Below are positions 39,911 to 49,376 of a stretch of 64,000 bases of DNA, one piece after another (the stretch's first letter is position 1; each line of letters starts with the position of its first letter). The translations under genes and the position numbers were made by a program. The stretch covers positions 32,050 through 96,049 of the forward strand of contig JACOVG010000003.1 of NCBI GenBank assembly GCA_016177405.1. Direction: 5' to 3'. The notes beneath the pieces were generated by a model. It did not search any database and was not told the origin of the DNA. It saw only the letters and a list, made by a program, of their open reading frames with translations. The stretch comes from Candidatus Omnitrophota bacterium. GTDB taxonomy: Bacteria > Omnitrophota > Gorgyraeia > 1-14-0-20-64-10.

Positions 39911-41289
39911 CCCCCCTCTTGCCGGTCCTGCGGCCGGGCCCCGGGACGCCCGTTGCCGTGGTGGGATTGGCCCGAAGCGGCGCGGCCGCCGCCCGGTGGC
40001 TTTGCCAATTGGGTTGCCTGGTGCGGGTCACGGAGCTCGCGGCGGACAGCGCCCTGCGCCAGACCGCGGACGAACTCAAGGCTCTCGGGGCGCTGGTGGA
40101 GCTGGGGAGGCACAGCCGGGATTTCATCGCGGGCTCGAGGCTCGTCGTGGCAAGCCCCGGCGTTCCTCCCCAGAGCCCGCCGCTTCAATGGGCGAGGAGG
40201 GAAGGGATTCCGGTGGTCGGAGAGCTGGAGCTGGCCAGCTGGTATTGCCCGGGAAAGATCGTCGCGGTGACAGGCAGCAACGGAAAATCAACCGTCACCA
40301 CCCTTTTGGGCGAGATTCTTCGCCGCGCCGGGGTGGAGGCGGTGGTGGCCGGCAACATTGGGAACCCCTTCTGCGGCGAGCTTGGCCGGCTCAACCCTGG
40401 GACGGTGGTGGTGCTGGAGGTGAGCTCCTTTCAACTGGAAAGCTCCCTTTCATTTCATCCGGACGTGGCCTGCCTGCTGAACCTGACCACCAATCACCTG
40501 GATCGCCATAAGAGCCTCGCGGCTTACCGGGCGGCGAAGGCCAAGCTGTTTGCCCATCAGGGCAGACAAAGCAGCGCGTGTCTGAACGCGGACGATGAAG
40601 GCAGCGCCTCTTTTGCCCGGGAGGCCGCCGGAGCCGTGGCCTGGTTCAGCCGGCGCCGGAAGGTGGCGGGGGCCCATCTGGCCGGCGGTTGGCTCACCTT
40701 GAATTTGCCGAACCTTTCGGGTCCCATCTGCCGGCGCGAGAGCCTGGCGAGGAAGGGGCCGCATCATGAGGAGAACGCCCTCGCGGCGAGCTGTCTGGCC
40801 GGGCTGCTGGGTGTCGCGCCTGCGGTCTCGGGGGAGGTCCTTCAGCGTTTTCAGGGCTTGGCGCACCGTCAAGAGGTGGTGGCGGTTCTCCGGGGAGTGA
40901 CCTTCGTGAACGACTCCAAGGCGACCACCGTCTCGGCGGGGATCCGGGCGATCGAGGCGGCTCCCTCCCGGGTGGTTCTGATTGCCGGCGGTCGGGACAA
41001 GGGGAGCGACTTCTCCGTCCTTCGACCGCTTCGCGGGAAGATCAAGGCGGTGGTGGCCATCGGCGAGGACGGCCCGAAGATCCGCCGGGCCCTGAAGGGG
41101 TTCGTCCCCTCTCACCGGTCGGACAGCCTGCGGGGGGCGGTTCAGGCCGCTTTTGGAATGGCCCGCGAGGGGGAGTGGGTGCTGCTGTCTCCCATGTGCA
41201 CCAGCTTCGACATGTTCCGCGATTTTGAGGATCGGGGCGCTCATTTTGTGAAGGCGGTCGCCGAGCTCTCGAACGAATGCGTTCCTTAA
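39907..41289 (+). CDS. murD: UDP-N-acetylmuramoylalanine--D-glutamate ligase
   Basis: VAVVGLARSGAAAARWL Rossmann N-domain; VTGSNGKSTVTTLL P-loop. ATG 39907 overlaps the mraY stop; the track ORF 39349 is an in-frame extension. Confidence 0.9.
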   Translation: MTPLLPVLRPGPGTPVAVVGLARSGAAAARWLCQLGCLVRVTELAADSALRQTADELKALGALVELGRHSRDFIAGSRLVVASPGVPPQSPPLQWARREGIPVVGELELASWYCPGKIVAVTGSNGKSTVTTLLGEILRRAGVEAVVAGNIGNPFCGELGRLNPGTVVVLEVSSFQLESSLSFHPDVACLLNLTTNHLDRHKSLAAYRAAKAKLFAHQGRQSSACLNADDEGSASFAREAAGAVAWFSRRRKVAGAHLAGGWLTLNLPNLSGPICRRESLARKGPHHEENALAASCLAGLLGVAPAVSGEVLQRFQGLAHRQEVVAVLRGVTFVNDSKATTVSAGIRAIEAAPSRVVLIAGGRDKGSDFSVLRPLRGKIKAVVAIGEDGPKIRRALKGFVPSHRSDSLRGAVQAAFGMAREGEWVLLSPMCTSFDMFRDFEDRGAHFVKAVAELSNECVP

Positions 41290-42371
41290 GAAGACGGTTT
41301 CTTTCGCTGCTGGCGATCCTTCTGGCGGTGGGGGTGGTGATGGTTTATTCCACCTCCGCGATCTACTGCAGCCAGGAGCACGGCGACCCGGCCTATTTCC
41401 TCAAGCGCCATCTGGCCTATCTGGCGGTCGGGATCGTCCTGTTCCTCTGGGTGTTGAGCCTGGACCCGGACCGGATCCGGCGCTGGGTGAAGCCCCTGCT
41501 GGTCTTGACCCTGGTGAGCCTGGTGGTGGTTCTGCTGCCGGGGCTGGGGCGGAGGGTTTCGGGAGCCAGCCGGTGGTTCCGCGTCGGGTCGTTCAGCTTT
41601 CAGCCCTCCGAGATGGCCCAGGTGGCGGTGATCCTGTACCTGGCCGATGTCCTGACCCGGAAGGGGCATACCATCACGAGCTTCTTCCGGGGTGTGGTGC
41701 CTCCCCTGCTGGTGCTGGGGCTTACCCTGGGGCTCATTCTGGTCGAGCCCGATTTGGGAACGGCGGTGGCCTTGGCGGTGGTGGCGCTGGTCCTTTTCTT
41801 TATCGCCGGGGTCAAGCCAAAGGTTCTGCTGGGTCTTTTCCTGGCGGCCCTGCCGGCGGTGGCGGGGCTGATCCTCATGAAGCCGTACCGGGTGCGCCGG
41901 ATCTTGTCGTACCTCAATCCCTGGGCCGATCCGGAGGGGTCCGGCTTTCAGCTCATTCAGTCCCTGGTGGCTTTGGGATCGGGCGGCTGGATCGGATTGG
42001 GCTTGGGGGAGTCGCGGCAGAAGCTCTTCTACTTGCCGGCGGCCCACACCGATTTCATCTTCGCCGTGATGGGCGAGGAGCTGGGATTCCTGGGGGCGAG
42101 CGTCATCCTCGCGGCGCTGGGGCTTCTTATCTTTTACGGCGTGCGAATCGCCATGACCGCCACCGATTCGTTCGGCACCTTCGCGGGGATCGGCTTCATG
42201 ACCTTGATCGCCCTGGAAAGCCTGGTCCACGTCGCGGTGAACCTGGGGGTCATCCCGACCAAGGGCTTGCCCCTTCCTTTCATCAGCTACGGCGGGACGG
42301 CCCTGGTGGCCAACCTGGTGAGCATGGCGCTTCTGCTCAACCTCTGCCGTCCCCGCGGGGTGGGGGAGTGA
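41277..42371 (+). CDS. ftsW: Peptidoglycan glycosyltransferase FtsW (SEDS family)
   Basis: 10-TM SEDS protein with PESGFQ and DFIFAVMGEELGFLG motifs; position between murD and murG. Confidence 0.9.
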   Translation: MRSLRRRFLSLLAILLAVGVVMVYSTSAIYCSQEHGDPAYFLKRHLAYLAVGIVLFLWVLSLDPDRIRRWVKPLLVLTLVSLVVVLLPGLGRRVSGASRWFRVGSFSFQPSEMAQVAVILYLADVLTRKGHTITSFFRGVVPPLLVLGLTLGLILVEPDLGTAVALAVVALVLFFIAGVKPKVLLGLFLAALPAVAGLILMKPYRVRRILSYLNPWADPEGSGFQLIQSLVALGSGGWIGLGLGESRQKLFYLPAAHTDFIFAVMGEELGFLGASVILAALGLLIFYGVRIAMTATDSFGTFAGIGFMTLIALESLVHVAVNLGVIPTKGLPLPFISYGGTALVANLVSMALLLNLCRPRGVGE

Positions 42372-43468
42372 AGACGCTGATACTGGCGGGGGGGTCGGGA
42401 GGGCATCTGATTCCGGCCTTGGCGCTGGGCGAGCATCTGGGACGGCAGGGCGAGTGCCTCTTGGTGAGCACCCAGCGCCCGGTGGATCAGATCCTCCGGA
42501 CCCAAACGTCCCTCCGGTGGGAGACGACGCCCCTGGAACCCTTCACGCCCCTGTCCCGGTGGCTCTCGGTCCGGCATTGGGCCCGCCAGCTCTCGGCGGC
42601 CTGGCGGATGCTGGGGGTCTTGAGACGGACGCGGCCTGACGTGGTGGTGGGATTCGGAGGATATCCCAGCCTGGTCGGGATGGTCCTGGCGCGGGCGGCC
42701 GGTTTTCCGACCGTTTTGCACGAGGCCAACGTGGTCCCCGGGCGGGCCAATCGGTGGCTTTCCCGCTGGGTGGACGCCGTGGCGGTCTCCTTTCCGGAAA
42801 CCCGGCAGGGATTATCGGCCAGGGCCGTGGTGGAGGTGACCGGAAATCCCCTGCGGCCGGGGCTTCGGGAGGCGGATCCGGCCCGGGCCCGGCGCTTCTT
42901 TGGGCTGGATGAAACCCGGCCCGTTCTTCTGGTCATGGGCGGTTCCCAGGGTTCCCGGGCGGTCAATCAACTGGTCCTGGCGATGTGGGAGGGGCAGGCG
43001 GCCGCCTTCCGGCAGGGCTGGCAGGTTCTTCACGTCGCGGGCTGCGATCACCGGCCGGCGGTGGAGGGGGCGTATCGGCGCCTGGGCATGAATTCCAAGG
43101 TCTTTGGTTTTCTTCAGGAGATGCCGATGGCCTTGGCCTGCGCCGCGTTAAGCATCTCCAGGGCCGGGGCCACGGCCGTCTCGGAGCTGGCGGCCTGCCA
43201 GGTTCCGGCGATCTTGATACCCTATCCCCACGCGCAGGCGCACCAGCGCTCCAACGCCCAATGGATGCGGGACTTAGGCGGCGCGGTGATTTTGGAAGAG
43301 GCGGGGCTTAAGCCCGGCCGCCTGGCGCGAGAATTTCAGGACCTCGCGGGCGATCCCAGCCGGCGGCAGCGGATGCGGCAAGCCCTGAAGGGCGCCTCCC
43401 AAGACAACGCCGTGGAGGCGCTGGCTTCCTTGGCCCGGCGAATGGCCGATGGAGGGGCGGGGGGGTGA
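42368..43468 (+). CDS. murG: UDP-N-acetylglucosamine--N-acetylmuramyl-(pentapeptide) pyrophosphoryl-undecaprenol N-acetylglucosamine transferase
   Basis: GTG start overlapping the ftsW stop; LILAGGSGGHLIPALAL G-loop; C-terminal GT-B domain. Confidence 0.9.
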   Translation: MKTLILAGGSGGHLIPALALGEHLGRQGECLLVSTQRPVDQILRTQTSLRWETTPLEPFTPLSRWLSVRHWARQLSAAWRMLGVLRRTRPDVVVGFGGYPSLVGMVLARAAGFPTVLHEANVVPGRANRWLSRWVDAVAVSFPETRQGLSARAVVEVTGNPLRPGLREADPARARRFFGLDETRPVLLVMGGSQGSRAVNQLVLAMWEGQAAAFRQGWQVLHVAGCDHRPAVEGAYRRLGMNSKVFGFLQEMPMALACAALSISRAGATAVSELAACQVPAILIPYPHAQAHQRSNAQWMRDLGGAVILEEAGLKPGRLAREFQDLAGDPSRRQRMRQALKGASQDNAVEALASLARRMADGGAGG

Positions 43469-44829
43469 GAAGCCATCTGATCGGGGTGGGGGGGATCGGC
43501 ATGAGCGCCATCGCCCGGCTGCTTCTTGCCTTGGGCGAGGAGGTTTCCGGATCCGATCTTCATGGAAACGGGCTCTTTGAAAAGATGCGGCAGGGGGGCG
43601 CTTGCCTTCGGGTCGGGCACCGCGCTCGCCACATTCGAGGCGCCGATCGGGTGATCTACTCTTCCAGCGTTTCGGCCGGCAATCCCGAGCTGAAGGAGGC
43701 CCGAAATCAGGGGCTGCCGGTTTTTCATAGAGGCCAGATGATCGCCAGCTTGCTGAAGGACAAGAAGATTGTGGCGGTCACCGGAGCGCACGGGAAGAGC
43801 ACCACCACCGCGCTGTCCGCCTCGCTTCTGGTCCGGGCCGGCCTCGACCCCACGGTTTTGCTGGGGGCCGAGGTGGAGACCCTGGGAGGCAACGCGAGGC
43901 TGGGCCGCGGGCGCTACGCGGTGATCGAGGCGGACGATTCGGACGCCTCTTTGCTCTGGCTTGAGCCGCGGGTGGCGATCGTCACCAATGTGGATGAGGA
44001 GCATCTGGATTATTTTCGGAACCGGGGGGAGATCCTGGAGACGTACGGGGCTTTCCTCGCGCGCGTTGCCGACGGCGGCGCGGTGATCGGCTGCGCGGAT
44101 GACCCGGGGGTGATGGCGCTCCTTAAGGTCTGCGGTTTACGCGCGGTCACCTATGGGCTTTCGCGAACCGCCCGATTCCACGCGCGGGCCATCGAGTCCC
44201 GCCCCGGGGGGAGCCGGTTCCTCTGTTTTGAATCCGGCCGGTCCCTGGGCCGGATGGAGCTTAAGATCCCGGGGCTCCACAACGTCGTCAACGCCCTGGC
44301 CGCCGCGGCGCTGGGACGGCTTTTGGGGATTGAGATCCGGAGGATCCAGGAAACGCTCGCGGCCTTCACGGGAGCCAAGCGCCGGTTCGAGATCCAGGGG
44401 GAGGTGGACGGCATCCTGGTGGTGGAGGATTACGCCCACCACCCGGCCGAGATCCGGTCGACCCTTCAGGCGGCGCGGACGTGGAAGGAAAGAAGGATCC
44501 GCTGCGTCTTCCAGCCCCACCGGTACAGCCGGACCCGCCACCTGTTTGACCCCTTCTGCCAGGCGCTGGCGCTGGCCGATCAGGTGGCGCTGGTGCCCAT
44601 CTACGCGGCGTCGGAGGAGCCCTTGGAGGGGATTGCCAGCGACAAGCTGGTTCAGGGAATTCAGGCCCAGGGCGGCCGCGCGGCCTTTTTTCAGGAACCG
44701 GAGGAGCTCTTCGCGCGGTGGACGGCCGATGCCCGGCCGGGGGACCTCTTCCTCTTTATGGGGGCGGGCAGCATCGGGGGCTGGGCCGGGCGTTTTCTGA
44801 CGGCCTTGCGGGAGAGACGGGGAACCTAG
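43465..44829 (+). CDS. murC: UDP-N-acetylmuramate--L-alanine ligase
   Basis: HLIGVGGIGMSAIARLL; VTGAHGKSTTTAL P-loop. Confidence 0.9.
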   Translation: MRSHLIGVGGIGMSAIARLLLALGEEVSGSDLHGNGLFEKMRQGGACLRVGHRARHIRGADRVIYSSSVSAGNPELKEARNQGLPVFHRGQMIASLLKDKKIVAVTGAHGKSTTTALSASLLVRAGLDPTVLLGAEVETLGGNARLGRGRYAVIEADDSDASLLWLEPRVAIVTNVDEEHLDYFRNRGEILETYGAFLARVADGGAVIGCADDPGVMALLKVCGLRAVTYGLSRTARFHARAIESRPGGSRFLCFESGRSLGRMELKIPGLHNVVNALAAAALGRLLGIEIRRIQETLAAFTGAKRRFEIQGEVDGILVVEDYAHHPAEIRSTLQAARTWKERRIRCVFQPHRYSRTRHLFDPFCQALALADQVALVPIYAASEEPLEGIASDKLVQGIQAQGGRAAFFQEPEELFARWTADARPGDLFLFMGAGSIGGWAGRFLTALRERRGT

Positions 44830-45795
44830 GTGACTCCCGCGCCGATCGACCAGAAACTTCGCGGCGAGCTTCGAGCCCTCCTGGGGCCCAAGGTCCGGTT
44901 CGAGGAGCCGATGCGTTCGCACACCAGCTTCCACATCGGAGGCCCGGCGCAAATCTGGGCCGAACCGGCGAACCCCCAGGTTCTTCTCTCGTTGCTGGGC
45001 TTGGCCCGCCAGAACGGTCTTCCGGTTACCCCGGTGGGCGGCGGGGCCAACCTCCTGGTGGCCGATGACGGAATTCCAGGCCTGGTGATCCATCCCGCCG
45101 GGCCGGGATTTCAAGGGTTGACCCGGACCGAATCGGGCCTGCGGGTCGGGGCCGGGGTCTCCATCGAGAAGCTGATCCGCGCGACCCTCCGGGAGGGTCT
45201 GGCCGGCGTGGAGTTCTTGGCCGGCGTGCCCGGAAAGATGGGAGGGGCCATCCGGATGAATGCCGGCACCCACGACGAAGAGGGGGTGGTCCGCTCGATC
45301 TCCGATGCGGCCGACGCCATCACCACCGTAGGAGCCGAAGGACGGACTCAAACCCTTTCCAATCGCGAGGCGGATTTCCGCTATCGGTCCAGCGGCTTGG
45401 CCGGGCAGATCGTGACGGAGGCTCACCTCTCGCTTTCACCGGACGACCCCTCGGCCATCGAGGGGCGGGTCAAAGCGCTTTGGGCCCTGAAGCGCAGGAC
45501 GCAGGATTGGACCGCCCCTTCCGCCGGCTGCATCTTCAAGAACCCCGCGCCGGGGGCGCCGGCGGCAGGCTGGATGATTGACCGGGCGGGGCTCAAAGGG
45601 TTTCGGGTCGGCGGGGCGATGGTCTCGCCCATCCACGCCAACTTCATGATCAATTGCGGCAATGCCAGCGCGCGCGATGTCTTCGCCCTGATCGACGAGG
45701 CGGCCGGCCGCGTCGAAAAGATGTTTCAGGTCCGCCTGGAGCTCGAGGTCCAGGTTCTTCCCAGGGATGGGGGCTCCCATGATTCCCTCGCTTAA
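44830..45795 (+). CDS. murB: UDP-N-acetylenolpyruvoylglucosamine reductase
   Basis: FAD-binding HTSFHIGGPAQ...GGGANLLV and the C-terminal MurB domain. Confidence 0.9.
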   Translation: MTPAPIDQKLRGELRALLGPKVRFEEPMRSHTSFHIGGPAQIWAEPANPQVLLSLLGLARQNGLPVTPVGGGANLLVADDGIPGLVIHPAGPGFQGLTRTESGLRVGAGVSIEKLIRATLREGLAGVEFLAGVPGKMGGAIRMNAGTHDEEGVVRSISDAADAITTVGAEGRTQTLSNREADFRYRSSGLAGQIVTEAHLSLSPDDPSAIEGRVKALWALKRRTQDWTAPSAGCIFKNPAPGAPAAGWMIDRAGLKGFRVGGAMVSPIHANFMINCGNASARDVFALIDEAAGRVEKMFQVRLELEVQVLPRDGGSHDSLA

Positions 45796-46696
45796 GAAGC
45801 CGGTCGGCGTCCTGTGCGGGGGCCCCTCGGGGGAGCGGGAGATCTCCCTCAAAAGCGGGCAGGCCATCCACGAGGCCCTCCTTTCCTTGGGCCTGCCGTC
45901 CCTTCTCTTGGAATTGTCCCGGCGCCCTTCGGAGATTCCGGGACAGATCATCCGGGCACCCATGGCCTGCGCCTTCATCGCGCTGCATGGGGCTTTCGGA
46001 GAGGACGGAAAGATTCAGACCCTCTTGGGCCGCTTGAGGATTCCCTACACCGGCAGCCGGCCGACCGCCTGCCGCTTGGGAATGGACAAATGGGGCTCCC
46101 GCGGGCGCTGGACCCGGAAGGGGGTTCCGGTTCCGGAGACGGTTCGGGTGAATCTGCCGGGGAGACTGCCCGGCCTCGGCGGCCTCCGGTTTCCGGTTGT
46201 GGTCAAACCCCAGGCCCAGGGTTCCTCTTTGGGGATCAGCCTGGTGGATCGGCCGCGGAATCTCCGGCGGGCCATTCGGGAGGCCGCCTCCTTCGGGGGA
46301 GGGGTTTTGATCGAGGAGTATCTGGCCGGCAGCGAGTTCACCGTGGGCATCCTGGAAGACAAGGCCCTTCCCGTGGTTCAGGTGGTTCCGAAAAGACGCT
46401 TCTACGATTTCACGGCCAAATACACCCAGGGGCAGACCGATTATCGGGTTCCGGCGCCCATCCCCGCGCCGCAGGCCCGGCGGGCCCAGCGGCTCGCCCT
46501 CCGGGCTCACCGGGCGCTGGGATGCCGTTCCTTTTGCCGGGTGGACATGATTTGGGTGAAGGACAGGGGTCCGGTTCTCCTGGAGCTGAACACGATGCCG
46601 GGGATGACCCCCTTGAGCTTGCTGCCTAAGGCGGCCCGCGTGAGCGGGATCGATTTCGCCCAACTGTGTCTTAGGATGTTGGCCTCCGCGTGGTAA
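45767..46696 (+). CDS. ddl: D-alanine--D-alanine ligase
   Basis: VGVLCGGPSGEREISLKSGQAI N-domain; ATP-grasp VVVKPQAQGSSLGISLV...EEYLAGSEFTVGIL; C-terminal LELNTMPGMT. Confidence 0.9.
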   Translation: MGAPMIPSLKKPVGVLCGGPSGEREISLKSGQAIHEALLSLGLPSLLLELSRRPSEIPGQIIRAPMACAFIALHGAFGEDGKIQTLLGRLRIPYTGSRPTACRLGMDKWGSRGRWTRKGVPVPETVRVNLPGRLPGLGGLRFPVVVKPQAQGSSLGISLVDRPRNLRRAIREAASFGGGVLIEEYLAGSEFTVGILEDKALPVVQVVPKRRFYDFTAKYTQGQTDYRVPAPIPAPQARRAQRLALRAHRALGCRSFCRVDMIWVKDRGPVLLELNTMPGMTPLSLLPKAARVSGIDFAQLCLRMLASAW

Positions 46697-46709
46697 ACTG
46701 CTTCAAGCC

Positions 46710-47483
46710 ATGAGCTTAAAGGGGTCCAGGCGGGGAGCCATCTTGTCCGTTTCCCTGGTTTCGGGGGCGGCCCTTTTTTTGGCTTTTCAGGGCGTGGTTC
46801 GCGCGGCGCTTCAGGCGTCGGTTTTCCGGGTTGACGAAGTGGAGGCGGCCTTCTCGTTGGATCCCAGGATTCCGGCCAGGCGCTACCGCCTGACGCCGCC
46901 CACCTCGATTTTTCATCTGGATCTGCGGGCGGTTCATAAGGTTCTTCAGGCCAGGCACCCGACGATGGAGGTGGAGGAGGTCCGCCGGCTCCTGCCCAAC
47001 CGCCTGCAGGCCCGTTTGGTCCCCCGAAAACCGGCGGCCCAGCTCGCGGCCGGATCGGGCTACTACCTTGTTTCCGACGAAGGGGTCGTCCTGACCTCGG
47101 CGCGGCCCGTGGCCTGGCCTCATCAGGTGGTGGTTTCGCTGGAGGTGATGAAGGGAACCTTTCGGGTGGGACAGGCCGTGAGGAGCCCCTCCCTGTTTCA
47201 GGCGATGGAGGTCCTGGGGAGGGTTCGGGCCAGGGGAGGGCTGGCGGGGCACGGGTTAAACCTCTTGGAGGTCAAGGCAGGGCAGATGAATCTCTTTCTC
47301 GATTCCGGGCTTGAGGTCCGGTTGAATTCCCGCCATCCCGAAATCGGTTTGGACCGCCTGGCGCAGCTTTTGGAAAGGCAAGATCCGCTCTTGGAGGGGG
47401 CGCGCTACGTTGACCTTCGTTTTTCAGATCCGGTGATCGCCCGGGGCAAGGGTGCCGGAGGCCTGCGCGTGAGCCGCCGGTGA
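46710..47483 (+). CDS. ftsQ: Cell division protein FtsQ/DivIB
   Basis: Single TM helix then POTRA-like region; position between ddl and ftsA. Confidence 0.75.
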   Translation: MSLKGSRRGAILSVSLVSGAALFLAFQGVVRAALQASVFRVDEVEAAFSLDPRIPARRYRLTPPTSIFHLDLRAVHKVLQARHPTMEVEEVRRLLPNRLQARLVPRKPAAQLAAGSGYYLVSDEGVVLTSARPVAWPHQVVVSLEVMKGTFRVGQAVRSPSLFQAMEVLGRVRARGGLAGHGLNLLEVKAGQMNLFLDSGLEVRLNSRHPEIGLDRLAQLLERQDPLLEGARYVDLRFSDPVIARGKGAGGLRVSRR

Positions 47484-48706
47484 AACCCTCTCCGGCGTGG
47501 CTGGCCGCCTTTCAGCTGGGGACGCGTCAGTTCATGGCCGCCCTGGGACGCAGCGACCGCCCCGGCCACCTGAAGCTTCAAGCGGTGGAATCGGTTCCGG
47601 CGGCCGGAATCCACCAGGGAGCGTTGAGCGATCCGGCCGAGTGCGCCGACACCGTTTCCCGCCTGGTCCGTCAATTGGACGAGCGCCAAGGGATCCGGCT
47701 CTCGAAGGTCCTGGCGGCCGCTTACGGCAATCAGGTCAGGAGCCAGAACGCGGCGGCCTGCGTGCCCATCCTGGAGCCGGAGGTGGGGGTCAGCGCCCGC
47801 GATGTGGAGCGGGCCGTCAGCACCTGCCGCTCTTTGGGCCTGGATTACGACCGGCAGATCCTGCATCTGTTCACCCAGGGCTTCTCGGTGGACGGGCAGT
47901 CGGGGGTCAAGAATCCGGTGGGCCTTTTCGGAACCAAGCTGACGGCCCATCTGCATCTGGTGACCGGGCTGTCCTCGGGGCTGTCCAGCCTCCACCGCGT
48001 TTTCAACCGGGCGGGGCTGGAGGCGGAGGAGCTGGTCATGCCGGGCCTGGCGGCGGCCGAAGCGGTCTTGTCGGATCTGGACCGGGACCTGGGAGTGGTT
48101 TTGATCGCCATCGGCGAGACCTTCACCGAGGCGGTTCTCTTCGGTGAGGGATCCGCCCGGGAGATGATTCTTTTCCCTTGGGGGACCGACCCGCTGGCCT
48201 CCGCTTTGAGCCGGAACCTGAAGCTGCCCTGGGCGGCGGCCGATCAGCTCTTGGCCCAGCTGGGCTCCCTGGAGGAGCTTCCCCAGTGGACCTCGGTGCC
48301 CCTGCGAATCACCGCCGGTTCGCTGGTTCGGACCTTCCCCCAGGGGCAGGTTGCTTCCTGGGTCACCGCGCGCGCCAAAGAGTTCCTGAAGCAGTTGGCG
48401 GCGCGGCTGGAGGAGAGGCCCTACTTCCGGGAAGCCTCCTCCGGGATCGTGATGGTGGGTCCCCTGGCCCACGTCGGCGGTTTTCTGGAGCTGGCCGAGG
48501 AGGTCTTCAACGTGCCGGTTCGGATCGGGAACATCCGGGAGGTGGAGGTGGATCCCGGTGTCAGCCTGAAGCCTTCCCACGCCGCCCTGGTGGGTCTTCT
48601 GCGCTGCGGGATGAAGCGCCGGGCCTCTTCAGCCATTCCGGCCCCCCAGCGCCCCTGGGGATTGATCTCCCATCGAGTCCGCAAGGTTCTCGAAGAATAT
48701 TTCTGA
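47480..48706 (+). CDS. ftsA: Cell division protein FtsA
   Basis: Actin-like ATPase fold; C-terminal amphipathic membrane-targeting helix ...ISHRVRKVLEEYF. Confidence 0.9.
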   Translation: MKPSPAWLAAFQLGTRQFMAALGRSDRPGHLKLQAVESVPAAGIHQGALSDPAECADTVSRLVRQLDERQGIRLSKVLAAAYGNQVRSQNAAACVPILEPEVGVSARDVERAVSTCRSLGLDYDRQILHLFTQGFSVDGQSGVKNPVGLFGTKLTAHLHLVTGLSSGLSSLHRVFNRAGLEAEELVMPGLAAAEAVLSDLDRDLGVVLIAIGETFTEAVLFGEGSAREMILFPWGTDPLASALSRNLKLPWAAADQLLAQLGSLEELPQWTSVPLRITAGSLVRTFPQGQVASWVTARAKEFLKQLAARLEERPYFREASSGIVMVGPLAHVGGFLELAEEVFNVPVRIGNIREVEVDPGVSLKPSHAALVGLLRCGMKRRASSAIPAPQRPWGLISHRVRKVLEEYF

Positions 48707-49376
48707 TTTCAGCGCCCGCCTGGAAAGCGTCCGATCCAGGATCGCCTCCGCTTGTCTTAGGGCCGGGCGGGATCCCCAGTCGGTTCGGCTGATCGCTGTC
48801 ACCAAGGGCGTTGCCGCGGATCGCATTCTGGAAGCCGCGGCCTGCGGGGTGAAGGAGATCGGCGAGAACCGGGTCCAGGAAGCGGCCGAAAAAAAAGCCT
48901 CCTTGGCGCGGGAGGTTCGCTGGCATATGATAGGTCATCTCCAGCGCAACAAGGCGAAGCTCGCGGTCGAGCTCTTTGACGAGATTCACTCGGTCGACTC
49001 CCCGGAGCTCGTGAAGGCGCTGGACCGGTGCGCCGCCAAGCCCCTGGGGCTTCTGGTCCAGGTGAATCTGGCGGCGGACCCGGGCCAGCACGGCTGCCGG
49101 CCGGAAGAGGCGCGGACGCTGGCCGAGGCGGTCCTGGCCTCAAACCATCTGAAGCTTTCCGGTTTGATGACCCTGGCGCCCTGGGACTGTGATCCGGAGG
49201 CGGCGAGGGTCTTCTTCAGAGAGCTTCGCCTTTTGCGGGATGATCTGGCGGGAAAGCTGGGCCAGGGGCCGCTTCATTTGTCCATGGGAATGAGCCACGA
49301 TTTTGAGGCGGCGGTGGAAGAGGGGGCCACGATGGTGCGGATTGGCACGGCCATTTTTGGAGCGCGAAATCCATGA
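48699..49376 (+). CDS. yggS: PLP-binding YggS/PROSC family protein (alanine-racemase fold); apparent ATT start
   Basis: Track ORF 48849..49376 is only the C-terminal 175 aa. The frame is open back to the TGA at 48663 and encodes ...SDFSARLESVRSRIASACLRAGRDPQSVRLIAVTKGVAADRILEAAACGVKEIGENRVQE, the conserved YggS N-terminus including the PLP lysine. No ATG, GTG or TTG is available, so ATT 48699 or ATC 48672 must initiate. Confidence 0.8.
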   Translation: MSDFSARLESVRSRIASACLRAGRDPQSVRLIAVTKGVAADRILEAAACGVKEIGENRVQEAAEKKASLAREVRWHMIGHLQRNKAKLAVELFDEIHSVDSPELVKALDRCAAKPLGLLVQVNLAADPGQHGCRPEEARTLAEAVLASNHLKLSGLMTLAPWDCDPEAARVFFRELRLLRDDLAGKLGQGPLHLSMGMSHDFEAAVEEGATMVRIGTAIFGARNP

